Below, piece by piece: positions 7,812-16,921 of a stretch of 30,784 nucleotides of DNA. The position numbers and the translations under genes were made by a program. The stretch comes from Pseudomonadota bacterium (GTDB lineage Bacteria > Bdellovibrionota > FAC87 > UBA2466): contig JAYSWN010000098.1 of the NCBI GenBank assembly GCA_043718025.1, positions 1-30,784 on the forward strand. Direction: 5' to 3'. The stretch's first letter is position 1. Every line of letters starts with the position of its first letter. The notes under the pieces are model-generated. The model ran no database searches and was not told the DNA's origin. It worked only from the letters and a program-made list of their open reading frames with translations.

Positions 7812-9815
7812 ATGAAATCACTCTCTTCATTTGTGACCTTGTCGCTTTGTTTTCTTTGTCTTGCCTCGGTTGCCAACGCAACCCCCTATCTATTGGGAGC
7901 GGGCAAAGCCGACATTACCGGCCCGCCGGGCGATGTGCTGATGATGGGGTACGTAAAACTCTCCCAGAAGACGGCCGGAATTCACACTCGCCTGTGGGCC
8001 CGCGCCTTTGTGATGGCCGAGGTTCAATCAAACAAGCGCGTAGTCATCGTAGCCAGTGATCTGCTGCAAATTCCTCAGGGCGTAAAGCAGAAGGTGATTG
8101 AAAAGCTGCGCGAGAAATTTGGGGATTTATACTCTGACGAAAATGTTTTGCTGTCTGCCAGCCATACGCACAGTGGACCGGGGGGGTATTCGCACTATCA
8201 ATTGTACAAACTGATCAACCTTGGGTTTTCCGAACAGAATTTTAACGGCGTAGTTGAAGGCGTAGTTCGCGCCATTTCCGCAGCCCACGCCTCCGCCGTA
8301 CCCGGACGCCTAAAGTGGAATCGAGGGGAGTTACGGGGGGCTAGCCGAAACCGCGCGATCGAAGCCTACGTGCTCAATCCCTCTACCGAACGGGATAAGT
8401 ATAGCGACGATACCGACAAAGAAATGACTCTGCTGCGCATGGAGACTACCCGCGGTGAGCCAATTGCCAGTCTCAACTGGTTTGCGGTGCACGCCACGTC
8501 GATTAAAAGTTCAAACCACCTGATCAGCGCCGATAACAAAGGGCTGGCGCAAACTCTTTTCGAAAAGGAGATGCCGGCCGGTTTTATTTCAGCCTTCGCC
8601 AATAGTAACGCCGGAGACGTGACACCAAATATTTCAAAAGATCTAGACGGGGATGATCACTGGGATTGTCCGCTGATTGACGGCTTTCTTTGTGCCGAAT
8701 CATCGGCCCGGCAACAATATGCAACGGCTCGACGGCTGTACGATTCAGCCTACCAGACGGTTAGCGGACCGATCGATTTTCGGCATCAGTATGTGAATTT
8801 TTCGAAGGTAAAAATCTCCGAAGCTTTTTCAGATGGGGTAACCGGGGCCACCACTTGCCCGGCGGCGGTTGGCGTGTCGATGCTCGCTGGAACCAAAGAT
8901 GGCCGCGGCGTTGGTAAGGAGGGGGTGAATTGCAGTAGCGGGGGACCCGGGGTTCAGGCCCTTTGCCTGCGCGATCGCTGTCACGGTGAGAAGCCAATCG
9001 CACTTTCATTGGGTTACCACTCTCCCTACCCATGGACCCCCGAAGTGCTGCCGGTACAAATAGTTCGTCTCGGCGCCTTAGCCATTGTGGCCGTACCTGC
9101 AGAATTTACGACGATGTCGGGGCGGCGCTTACGAAATACCGTGCGCGAAATCTTGAGCAGCATTGGGGTTGAGCACGTGATTCTTGCCGGTTATTCAAAC
9201 GCTTACGCCGGCTACGTGGCCACTCGCGAAGAGTATCAGGGGCAGCAATACGAGGGGGCTTCGACCCACTTTGGCGAATGGACGCTGGCCGCTTACCAAC
9301 AGTCGTTTGCCACCATCGCCCAGGCCATGGCCAATTTTTCTAACCATGATCCGGGCCCCACGCCGCGCGATTTGAGTAGCGTCGCCCAATCCACAAAACC
9401 TAACGTAAGTACTTACGATAACCTCGCCAAGGGCACAAATTTTGGCGACGTTTTAGACGACGCAAAAAGAGTTTATCCCGTCGGTTGCGAGGTGAGAGTT
9501 TCATTCGTCAGCGCCAATCCCAATCGTAACGTGCGGCACGGCGACAGCTACCTCGAACTGCAAAAACTGATTGGCACCGGCTGGAGCACGGTGGCAACCG
9601 ATGATGATTGGAACACCCGTTTTATGTGGAATGCCAATCGCCGCAACATCTCAAGCGCAACGGTGGCCTGGAATATTCCCGCCAGCCTCGACTCCGTCGG
9701 CACCTATCGCTTGGTGCATAGGGGCACGGCAAACTCTCGAGCGCGCGGAAGGCTAGAGTTTCAAGGCACCTCTCAGACTTTTGAGGTGAGCCCTAATACC
9801 GGAAACTGTCCGTAA
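7812..9815 (+). CDS. Neutral/alkaline ceramidase, secreted
   Basis: Motifs G.GKADITGP, GIHTRLWARAF, SASHTHSGPGG, NWFAVHATS, ISADNKG, GDVTPN, EFTTMSGRRLR, YEGAST, and a C-terminal Ig-like domain (TDDDW.T.F.W, G.YRL.H.G). Start moved to the in-frame ATG 7812, which gives a clean signal peptide MKSLSSFVTLSLCFLCLASVANA. Confidence 0.93.
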   Translation: MKSLSSFVTLSLCFLCLASVANATPYLLGAGKADITGPPGDVLMMGYVKLSQKTAGIHTRLWARAFVMAEVQSNKRVVIVASDLLQIPQGVKQKVIEKLREKFGDLYSDENVLLSASHTHSGPGGYSHYQLYKLINLGFSEQNFNGVVEGVVRAISAAHASAVPGRLKWNRGELRGASRNRAIEAYVLNPSTERDKYSDDTDKEMTLLRMETTRGEPIASLNWFAVHATSIKSSNHLISADNKGLAQTLFEKEMPAGFISAFANSNAGDVTPNISKDLDGDDHWDCPLIDGFLCAESSARQQYATARRLYDSAYQTVSGPIDFRHQYVNFSKVKISEAFSDGVTGATTCPAAVGVSMLAGTKDGRGVGKEGVNCSSGGPGVQALCLRDRCHGEKPIALSLGYHSPYPWTPEVLPVQIVRLGALAIVAVPAEFTTMSGRRLRNTVREILSSIGVEHVILAGYSNAYAGYVATREEYQGQQYEGASTHFGEWTLAAYQQSFATIAQAMANFSNHDPGPTPRDLSSVAQSTKPNVSTYDNLAKGTNFGDVLDDAKRVYPVGCEVRVSFVSANPNRNVRHGDSYLELQKLIGTGWSTVATDDDWNTRFMWNANRRNISSATVAWNIPASLDSVGTYRLVHRGTANSRARGRLEFQGTSQTFEVSPNTGNCP

Positions 9816-9819
9816 ACCA

Positions 9820-10638
9820 CTACTTTTTTAAGGGCTGAATTGAGGGCTGATTTAGGGGCAGCAGCCAAATATTTTTCCAATCGGCGGCGGTTAAATTGGC
9901 CCCGCCGCGAATCACGAGTTTTCCACCGCTGGATACGTACCCTTTTTCTTTGAGCTCAGGCAGCATTTCGGGGAACTCGGAAAAGACAATTTGCCCATGT
10001 TTTTTAAGCGTCGCCAGGGGCGCGGCTAAGATGGCATCGGTTAGTTTCTTAAGTTTGACGGGCGTAAATTCAAAGAGATCATTCTCCGTACCTCGGTACA
10101 GCATAGCAACCGGCACCCTTGTTTTTCGTTTTATTATTCTCGCGTCTTCCTTCGTATAAGCCTTAGCCCAGAGTGAAGTGATCTCGATCATGGATTTCAC
10201 TTTCTCGCCCCGCTCCGTCACCCCGGGGCGAATAACAAAAGTGGGTGGAGAATCTGACTGGAATTCAAATTCACTGATTCCGTTTTCCTTGAAGCCCCCA
10301 AAACGTAAACGAGCGCCATCGGGAAGCGTAGTGGGCTTCACCTTTAAGCTAACAAAACCCTGTACCGTCTTTTTTACGTTTTCATCTGTATCGCCAGTAA
10401 CAAATGAGACCGACTTTAGTTTTGGATACTGTTTGATCAGCAATTTTGTTGCCTCCTCGCGTAGCTTCGGCCCCTCCAGAGCGTCAAGTCCAACTTCCGC
10501 CACTTTTTCCGTTTCAACCGCCTTCTTTTCGGCAGAAGGTTCGCCACCCGCCGTGCCCGTATCGGTAGCCAAACAGATTCCTGAAATAAAAAACAAGGCT
10601 GCCGCCACGGCAGGTAAATTGCGCACAAGTCTTTTCAT
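9820..10638 (-). CDS. Hypothetical exported protein
   Basis: 272-aa ORF with signal peptide MKRLVRNLPAVAAALFFISGICLA and SD GGAGG upstream on the minus strand. No family recognised. Confidence 0.7.
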   Translation of the reverse strand: MKRLVRNLPAVAAALFFISGICLATDTGTAGGEPSAEKKAVETEKVAEVGLDALEGPKLREEATKLLIKQYPKLKSVSFVTGDTDENVKKTVQGFVSLKVKPTTLPDGARLRFGGFKENGISEFEFQSDSPPTFVIRPGVTERGEKVKSMIEITSLWAKAYTKEDARIIKRKTRVPVAMLYRGTENDLFEFTPVKLKKLTDAILAAPLATLKKHGQIVFSEFPEMLPELKEKGYVSSGGKLVIRGGANLTAADWKNIWLLPLNQPSIQPLKK

Positions 10639-10732
10639 GGGGTAGCCTCCAAAGCGCTAGGTAATGTCGTTGAATGAGACGGTAGAACCGGCTGTTATTT
10701 TAACCCAGTTTTGCAGGGGCTTAAAATAAAAC

Positions 10733-11266
10733 TTAGAGCGAAAGACCCACTTGCACGACGCCCCTAAACATAACGGGCACCCCAGTAAAGGCGGGCCAGA
10801 AACCAATTTCGATTGGAATGTCCAAGTGGACCGTTTGACTTAGGTGGAAGCGGGGCCCGGCGTGGCCACCGAGATAGAGGTAAACGGGGGAAACCGAGTC
10901 GCCCGTAGCCAGATCGAGGTTTACGCCCGTTCTTAGGTCCACGCTGTCGCTCAAACCAAACAGCTTGTAGGCCTGCGTCCCAACGTAAAACTTGGTGCTC
11001 AGATTGGTAACGGGAATGCTGGTGAGAACTTGTTCTTGAAAAATACCGAGGCGGCCGCCTACGTAAATTCGGTTTTCCTCACTCATCAAAAGGTCGTAAC
11101 CGGCATACGCATCAATGTGATTCTTGCTCACACTGTCCCGGTTCTCAATGTGGCCGCCGAGGCTTACGTAAACTCTACTATGGCTGTCCGAGTTTTTTGC
11201 TTCCTCCGCCATCAGCGCGGCCGAGGCAAAACTGGCGATCATAAGTAAAGTGAAGCGTGTGAACAT
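10733..11266 (-). CDS. Small outer-membrane beta-barrel protein
   Basis: Signal peptide MFTRFTLLMIASFASAALMA, alternating amphipathic beta-strands (VYVSLGG, IDAYAGYDL, IYVGGRLG, VDLRTGVNLD, VHLDIPIEIG), C-terminal strand RGVVQVGLSL, and SD AGGAG upstream. Confidence 0.72.
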   Translation of the reverse strand: MFTRFTLLMIASFASAALMAEEAKNSDSHSRVYVSLGGHIENRDSVSKNHIDAYAGYDLLMSEENRIYVGGRLGIFQEQVLTSIPVTNLSTKFYVGTQAYKLFGLSDSVDLRTGVNLDLATGDSVSPVYLYLGGHAGPRFHLSQTVHLDIPIEIGFWPAFTGVPVMFRGVVQVGLSL

Positions 11267-11566
11267 GGGTGACTCCTAAAGGCATTCTATTGACTTGCGA
11301 ATGCTAGTACCTCGTTCTGGTCGATTCTAAAAGCACTATCTAAAAACCGGTCGGCGGCCCCTTAGTCGAGTGAAAACAGGTGCATTCCGCACCGCGGCTC
11401 ATTCTGACACTGCCGTCTCTGCTCACTTTCGAGGTCACAACGCACCGCTTTACCTATTCCACCGCTAAAACGACTCGAATTCGGCTTGAATGCGTTGGCA
11501 TTGATCCTGCTTTACCTCCAAATACACGAAGCCAAATAAGGTTTCCATCCTGAGGAGTACGAACAG

Positions 11567-12025
11567 ATGAAGCAAACAATGAGTAAGTTGGTATTTTTTG
11601 GAACTCTTGCCCTAGCCGGTGGCCCGCAAGCAGCTTGGGGTTATAGCTGCGATTCGGACTGTGGCGCCGAGGCCGCCTTCCGCTATCCCTGTCCAACCTT
11701 CGGTAATCCCGGACGCAAATGCACGGGAAAAAATCCCGCCAAGTACGCGGCTTGCGAAGCCGACAAGGCCGTATCCTGTGAGTTGATGGACTCGGCAGTA
11801 GACTTCTTTGCGCCCAAGGTGAAACCGCTCATGGTCGGTCAGTTCAATGCATCGACGTATAATCCAGATCGGGAACAAGAGTACGTGCTCGATTGCACCG
11901 CTGCAGCGGTAGCGGCGCTAGCCGTGGTCGGATCGGCTTACGGCCCCCCCTACGGAACGCTGGCCGGCGGAGCGGCGGGGCTGTTCATCGGAAAGCGTAT
12001 CTGCATCCAATCCACCACCTGGTAG
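11567..12025 (+). CDS. Small secreted Cys-rich protein with C-terminal glycine-zipper hairpin
   Basis: SD GAGGAG at 11552-11557, signal-like leader and 8 Cys. The C-terminus AAAVAALAVVGSAYGPPYGTLAGGAAGLFIG is hydrophobic with GxxxG repeats. Confidence 0.7.
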   Translation: MKQTMSKLVFFGTLALAGGPQAAWGYSCDSDCGAEAAFRYPCPTFGNPGRKCTGKNPAKYAACEADKAVSCELMDSAVDFFAPKVKPLMVGQFNASTYNPDREQEYVLDCTAAAVAALAVVGSAYGPPYGTLAGGAAGLFIGKRICIQSTTW

Positions 12026-12049
12026 CCTCCCCGAACTAAACTCTCAATC

Positions 12050-12082
12050 GGCCTCTTCCCCAGTTTGGGGAGAGGCCTTTTT
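12050..12082 (+). terminator. Rho-independent terminator after the Cys-rich gene
   Basis: GGCCTCTTCCCC-AGTTT-GGGGAGAGGCC hairpin (one bulged T) followed by TTTTT, 25 nt after the stop codon. Confidence 0.75.
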
Positions 12083-12146
12083 CATTACCGCCACCAACGG
12101 TGAGTTTCGTGCCATTCACGACCGTTGGTGTTAACTCAAAACGCAT

Positions 12147-12896
12147 ATGTCTTACCTCGAAAAAGACCACGCCGTGCCGGCTCGTCACAATCCTTACTTA
12201 CACGAGTTGGTCATTGACAAGCTGAAGGCACTAAAGCCAGGGGGCGTACTCGATATTCCCGCGGGCCCCGGGTATTTGGTTCAAGACTTAAATCGGTTTG
12301 GCTTTCAGGCCGTCGCCGGCGAGATTGATGAATCTTTGCATTGCTTCAAAGACGTTTCCTACCGGCGCGTGGACATGACCCGCCCCTTCCCTTTTCCCGA
12401 CGCTAGCTTTGAGTACCTCACGTCTATCGAAGGAATTGAACACATCGAAAACCACTTGGCATTCATTCGTGAAACCGCCCGCGTGCTAAAGCCAGGCGGG
12501 CGTCTTTTTTTGACGACGCCCAATATTCACTCGCTGTCGAGCCGGTTGAATTTTCTCTTTTCTGGTTTTCATGAGATGGCGAAAAAGCCCATTCCCACTG
12601 ACACCGAAAATATTTACTTCGAGCACATTAACCCGATCTCGTTTCCGCAACTTTACTTTTACTGCGAACGCAGCGGGCTCGAGGTGGAACAGCTGCTCAC
12701 TTACCGGAAGAAAAAAGGGGCATGGATGGTTTACTGCCTTTTCTTTCCTTTTATCTGGCTGGCCTGCTACCGAGCCTGCTTCTTGGTTGAAAAAAAACCC
12801 CACCGGCGCGAAAAAAACAAAAAACTATTCCACTTTCTGATCTCACGGGAAAATCAGCTGGGTTCCCACACCGTCGTGGTCGCGAGAAAACGTTAG
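12147..12896 (+). CDS. Class I SAM-dependent methyltransferase (Methyltransf_11/23-like)
   Basis: Motif I VLDIPAGPG, plus FPFPDASFEYLTSIEGIEHI and RVLKPGGRLFLTTPN. Confidence 0.9.
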   Translation: MSYLEKDHAVPARHNPYLHELVIDKLKALKPGGVLDIPAGPGYLVQDLNRFGFQAVAGEIDESLHCFKDVSYRRVDMTRPFPFPDASFEYLTSIEGIEHIENHLAFIRETARVLKPGGRLFLTTPNIHSLSSRLNFLFSGFHEMAKKPIPTDTENIYFEHINPISFPQLYFYCERSGLEVEQLLTYRKKKGAWMVYCLFFPFIWLACYRACFLVEKKPHRREKNKKLFHFLISRENQLGSHTVVVARKR

Positions 12897-12950
12897 GCTT
12901 AGCGGCGAAAGCTGCCCAGCAAACCTTGTAAAAACCTCCAAACCCCACCG

Positions 12951-12979
12951 TTGATTGCCTATGTCATTGTTTTTATAAA
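12951..12979 (+). promoter_or_regulatory. Candidate sigma70 promoter for the 13151-29614 operon
   Basis: TTGATT (12951-12956), 17 bp, TATAAA (12974-12979) in an AT-rich intergenic region. An alternative TTGACG at 13045 overlaps a GTCAA-N7-TTGAC palindrome (13033-13049). Confidence 0.35.
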
Positions 12980-13150
12980 TCTATTTACGGCTCATACCGG
13001 CCGCGGCTTACGTAAAAATATATTTGGACGTTGTCAAAGTTTAATTGACGCGGTGAATCACAAAAGCTAAGAGTCTGACGAAACGGGATATCGAGAAAAA
13101 ATGGGTTGGTTAGTGAAGTTCCCTTTCCCATTTTTAATCAGGGAGCATAA

Positions 13151-16100
13151 TTGAAATCGACCGCGTCAAAGCCGCCACTTCTCAATTGGCCGATTCCCCA
13201 TCTCATCACGGGCGCGCTGCTTCAGCTTTCGCTTTTATTTCCCCGAATCTCGCTGGGCGTTTTTAACGGGGTGGCACCCGGCGGAATGCATCCTGACTTT
13301 CCGGCCGTGTTTAAACTGGTCAATAGCAACGATAAACTTTGTAGCGGTGTCTTCATCAGCCCCACTGCAATGCTCACGGCCGCCCACTGCCTCGTCGATG
13401 ATGTCGACGGCGGACTGCTGCTGCACGGCAGCTCCCATCGTTCTCAATTGGTGGTAGCGCGTCCGGGAATTGTCAGCGAGATGCTTGGCAACAAAGGGAT
13501 CGTAGATAGCAAATCAATTAAATACGATCTGGCCGTAGCTTTTTTTCCGCCCGACGCAGCACGCCAGGCGATGGAAGCCTCTCCCCTAGAACCGATTCTA
13601 AGCGAAGCGATGACCGTCGCCGGTTGGGGAGTCACTGATCCGTCCAAGGAGTCAGCTAACGACAAGACTCTCGCTCTCCACGTCGGCTACACCCTTATTT
13701 CTGGCCGTTCGGACCAAAAACGTTTCTTTCGGGTGTCGAGCAATCGGAGCATAGTCACTAAGGACGGAACCAACGCCTCTCCGTTGGGTGGTGATTCCGG
13801 TGGTCCCCTCATTGACACCGCACTCAAAAAAATCGTGGGCATCTGCTCGGCCACTCGAAAAGACGACAAGGCCGACGTCTTTATTGGGGAATACGTCAGT
13901 CTTTACAGTGCGGAGAGCATTCAACTACTGAAAGAGGCGTCAGCAAAACGGCCGGGCGAGATTCCCGCCGCGTTCATCGATGCTCTCCTCCCCAAGCAAA
14001 AAGTATCATCGTCGGCCCCGGATGAGTCGGTCGTCACCACCGCACCGCAACCCGCGGGATCCGCCCCGCCGGCAGCCACTCCTCCCCCCCTCGTAAGTGG
14101 CCGCCCCAAAGCAAGACTGCGGCCCGACTTTCTTCAGCTCGACACTCGTCTGGCGGCAGAGCTCAGCAAGTTGTCGGGCCTGAACGTCCTTCCCGGTCTG
14201 GTCTACACTGACCAAGCCATCGCTGAATGGCGTCCGGATATCCGCGGCACTCTGCTTTCTGAAGGCTCTGTCGACCCCACCGGTACCGGCGAAGAGAGGG
14301 CGCGAGTCGGTTACTCCGTAGATTTCTCTAAAGAGCTTTGGCTCATCACCCAAAACAACTTGCGCTATCTCCTCTGGCGGCAAGACGGAACGCAGAACTT
14401 GCTCGTCGAGTCACTCCGTCATTTCATTCCGGTCAAAGACGGCGTGGTCTATTTCGATGCTGAGTGGATGGCGCATTTTCGCTCGCTAGACGGCAGCAAA
14501 AATAATGCCTACAAACTCAGGGCTTACCTTCATACATTCGATCCCAAATCGGGGCCGACGCCGATCTACCATTACGATTCCACTGAGCAGAAGCTCATCG
14601 TAGCCAATTGGAGTTTCCATCCTACCGCTCCGGTTCCCGATGACGCCCCTCAGTTTGAACCCTTCGAACTCTCCCTCATTGATTTTGTTGCCACCGTTGA
14701 AGACGACAAGCTTCTGCAATTGCATCGCAACTTGAAATGGCCGTTTTTTTTGCGGCCCAATGGCCTCTTTCAGATCGATGAGCCCACTAAGACTTTAAAT
14801 TTCCAGGAGCTAAACTGGCAGACCGGCGAACTGGCCCCTTCTAAAGCCGTACTTTCGTTAGAAGGAAAATATGAAGTTAAGCAGCGCAATGGGGAGTTCA
14901 CCCTTATGCACATCAACGCCGCCGGCCCCCCTACGCCGCTGTTGGTTGACTCGAACGGTCGCTTCGTGCGGCAGACCGGCCGCCAAGATCGTTTCTCTCC
15001 GGTCACCGATCGTACCGATCGTGCGATTGCTGATCTACCCATCAGCGCGGCCGTGATTGACCTGCTCGCACTGCCGCGCAAGGCGCCTCTCTATTCTAGC
15101 TCTCGCGCGAATGCCGCGATGGCAACGGCCCTGGGTGCTTCAAGAAAGACCTGGTCGATTCTTGTGTACGAAGATGGGCAACGCCCCAACGACGTCGTCG
15201 ACGGCTTCGCCCAAGTCATCGCCAATGGAATCCTACGGGTTTCACCTAGCCTTAAGCAGCTGGACCGGGTTTGGCGAATTCCGGGAGACACTGCGTTTAA
15301 CACTAAGGACGCTGAAGATCGGGATGAGACATTTCGCTCTCTCTTCGAAGCGCTCGACGGCACCCAGGCGATGGGTGTTTTTGCCGACTTTCCCACCAAA
15401 CGCTCAGAGGCCATCGGCACCGTCTCAGAAACAGTTGAAAATTTTTGGCACTACTTTGAGACCTGTATCAATGAAGGGACCTGCCGAATTCTCACTACGA
15501 TGCGAGCCCCCGTTTTTTTGGAATTGGCGCGCCTCTTCCCCAATATTGTTAATCAGGCCAACGTCTTTGAACTCCCTCGTTTGGAAAAGGACGAACGCAA
15601 ACAGGTTGCCCAAGTTTTAAGGCGCAACTTGGAACAGGAGTACGCAAAAGTGCTCAGCAACGCCGCGTTTGACAAGGCCCTCGGTTTTGGCGCCGCGGCA
15701 ACCAAAGGGTTACAATCTCCCGATCGCGAAGAAGGTCTATTAAGAGAGTTATTTGATTGGTTTGAACAGACGTCTCCCAATTCATTAGAAATCGCCAGCG
15801 CTTCAGTTGACCGATTTATAGAGCGCGGCAAAACGGATGGATCATCCAAAAAAATAGATATTGAAGGGCTCAGAAAATACCTCAAAGGCAAAATGGTCGG
15901 CCACAGCGACGTAGTCGACAGCATCTGCAATCAGTTAAAACCTCTGGAAAATGGAACTCACTTTGGTCCCATGCCGATCTATTTCACGTTGGTAGGAACT
16001 CCCGGAGTGGGAAAATCGTGGATTGCTGGTCTCATCGCCAACTATCTCACCGGAGAGGGTTCAAACTTATTAATCGATTTTAAGAGTTTCAAGGGATTTG

Positions 16101-16921
16101 ACGCAAACAATCCGGATAAGATTTCCACCGAGCTAAAAAGATCGCCCAATCGCCTTCACGTTGTCACCTTTGATGATGTCGACCAGGCCCACATGAGCGC
16201 TATGGATAAAATTCGCGGGATTTTTACCGACGGGTTCTACGCCAAAGAGACGGCCGATGAGGTGCCTTTCACCAACACCATCGTCATTCTCACCGCAAAC
16301 TGGGGTCAAAACCTAATCCTCCAGGATACAAATTTCGCCAGTGGGGACTTCACCGAAAGTCTGCGTCGCGAAATCGTATTTGATGATTCTGCCACTATAA
16401 ACGTCGACCCCGACCCCACCGGAAAAATCAGCAAGCGAGTCTGGAGTGCCCTGGCGGGAAAACTCTACATCATGAAGCCATTTTCCGAACCAGAACTGCT
16501 TCAATTGGCATTCAAATTTGCTGAGGATCGCCAAGTGGCAATTGCCGGCAGAAGTGGTGGTAAAGAACTTAGCATCCACCCATTAACCCTATTGAAATTT
16601 GTATCCCAGCGGCGTGCCGACACCGCCGGCGCAAGGGACATACAAAACGCATTAGATTTGCAACTCTTTCCCGCTTACGAAAACGCCATTCAGAAACGCG
16701 GGGTTACTAGAGTTGTATTGGTTCCCAACGAAGACAAGATCGTTGCGGTAACCAATCTAGATAAAAGCTTCAGTTATTGGAAAAAGAGCCAGGAGAACGC
16801 GAAGGCAAAAATTATCGGCAATGGGCCCAACCAAGGGCCCAAATGGTATCTGGAGAACGCCGCAAAATGGCATTTAGATGACTGGAAACTCATCGTGACC
16901 CCTCCCAAAGGTAAAAAATGA
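13151..16921 (+). CDS. Trypsin-like (S1) serine protease fused to a Clp/Hsp100-type AAA+ module (degenerate D1, D2 with Walker A)
   Basis: SD GGGAG then TTG start and a hydrophobic leader. Catalytic triad: TAAHC (His 13385-13387), YDLAV, GGDSGGP (Ser 13796-13798). Then a Pro/Ala linker, a beta-rich region and a relic D1 (WSILVYEDGQRPNDVVDGFAQ...GTCRILTT). D2 has MVGHSDVV, GTPGVGKS (15995-16018), VVTFDDVDQAH, FTNTIVILTAN and GARDI. Confidence 0.85.
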   Translation: MKSTASKPPLLNWPIPHLITGALLQLSLLFPRISLGVFNGVAPGGMHPDFPAVFKLVNSNDKLCSGVFISPTAMLTAAHCLVDDVDGGLLLHGSSHRSQLVVARPGIVSEMLGNKGIVDSKSIKYDLAVAFFPPDAARQAMEASPLEPILSEAMTVAGWGVTDPSKESANDKTLALHVGYTLISGRSDQKRFFRVSSNRSIVTKDGTNASPLGGDSGGPLIDTALKKIVGICSATRKDDKADVFIGEYVSLYSAESIQLLKEASAKRPGEIPAAFIDALLPKQKVSSSAPDESVVTTAPQPAGSAPPAATPPPLVSGRPKARLRPDFLQLDTRLAAELSKLSGLNVLPGLVYTDQAIAEWRPDIRGTLLSEGSVDPTGTGEERARVGYSVDFSKELWLITQNNLRYLLWRQDGTQNLLVESLRHFIPVKDGVVYFDAEWMAHFRSLDGSKNNAYKLRAYLHTFDPKSGPTPIYHYDSTEQKLIVANWSFHPTAPVPDDAPQFEPFELSLIDFVATVEDDKLLQLHRNLKWPFFLRPNGLFQIDEPTKTLNFQELNWQTGELAPSKAVLSLEGKYEVKQRNGEFTLMHINAAGPPTPLLVDSNGRFVRQTGRQDRFSPVTDRTDRAIADLPISAAVIDLLALPRKAPLYSSSRANAAMATALGASRKTWSILVYEDGQRPNDVVDGFAQVIANGILRVSPSLKQLDRVWRIPGDTAFNTKDAEDRDETFRSLFEALDGTQAMGVFADFPTKRSEAIGTVSETVENFWHYFETCINEGTCRILTTMRAPVFLELARLFPNIVNQANVFELPRLEKDERKQVAQVLRRNLEQEYAKVLSNAAFDKALGFGAAATKGLQSPDREEGLLRELFDWFEQTSPNSLEIASASVDRFIERGKTDGSSKKIDIEGLRKYLKGKMVGHSDVVDSICNQLKPLENGTHFGPMPIYFTLVGTPGVGKSWIAGLIANYLTGEGSNLLIDFKSFKGFDANNPDKISTELKRSPNRLHVVTFDDVDQAHMSAMDKIRGIFTDGFYAKETADEVPFTNTIVILTANWGQNLILQDTNFASGDFTESLRREIVFDDSATINVDPDPTGKISKRVWSALAGKLYIMKPFSEPELLQLAFKFAEDRQVAIAGRSGGKELSIHPLTLLKFVSQRRADTAGARDIQNALDLQLFPAYENAIQKRGVTRVVLVPNEDKIVAVTNLDKSFSYWKKSQENAKAKIIGNGPNQGPKWYLENAAKWHLDDWKLIVTPPKGKK

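Noticed and set aside
10695..10729. AT-rich inverted repeat TTATTTTAA…TTAAAATAA after the beta-barrel gene as a terminator
   Set aside because: The stem is weak and there is no U-tract on the minus strand, so the function cannot be supported.
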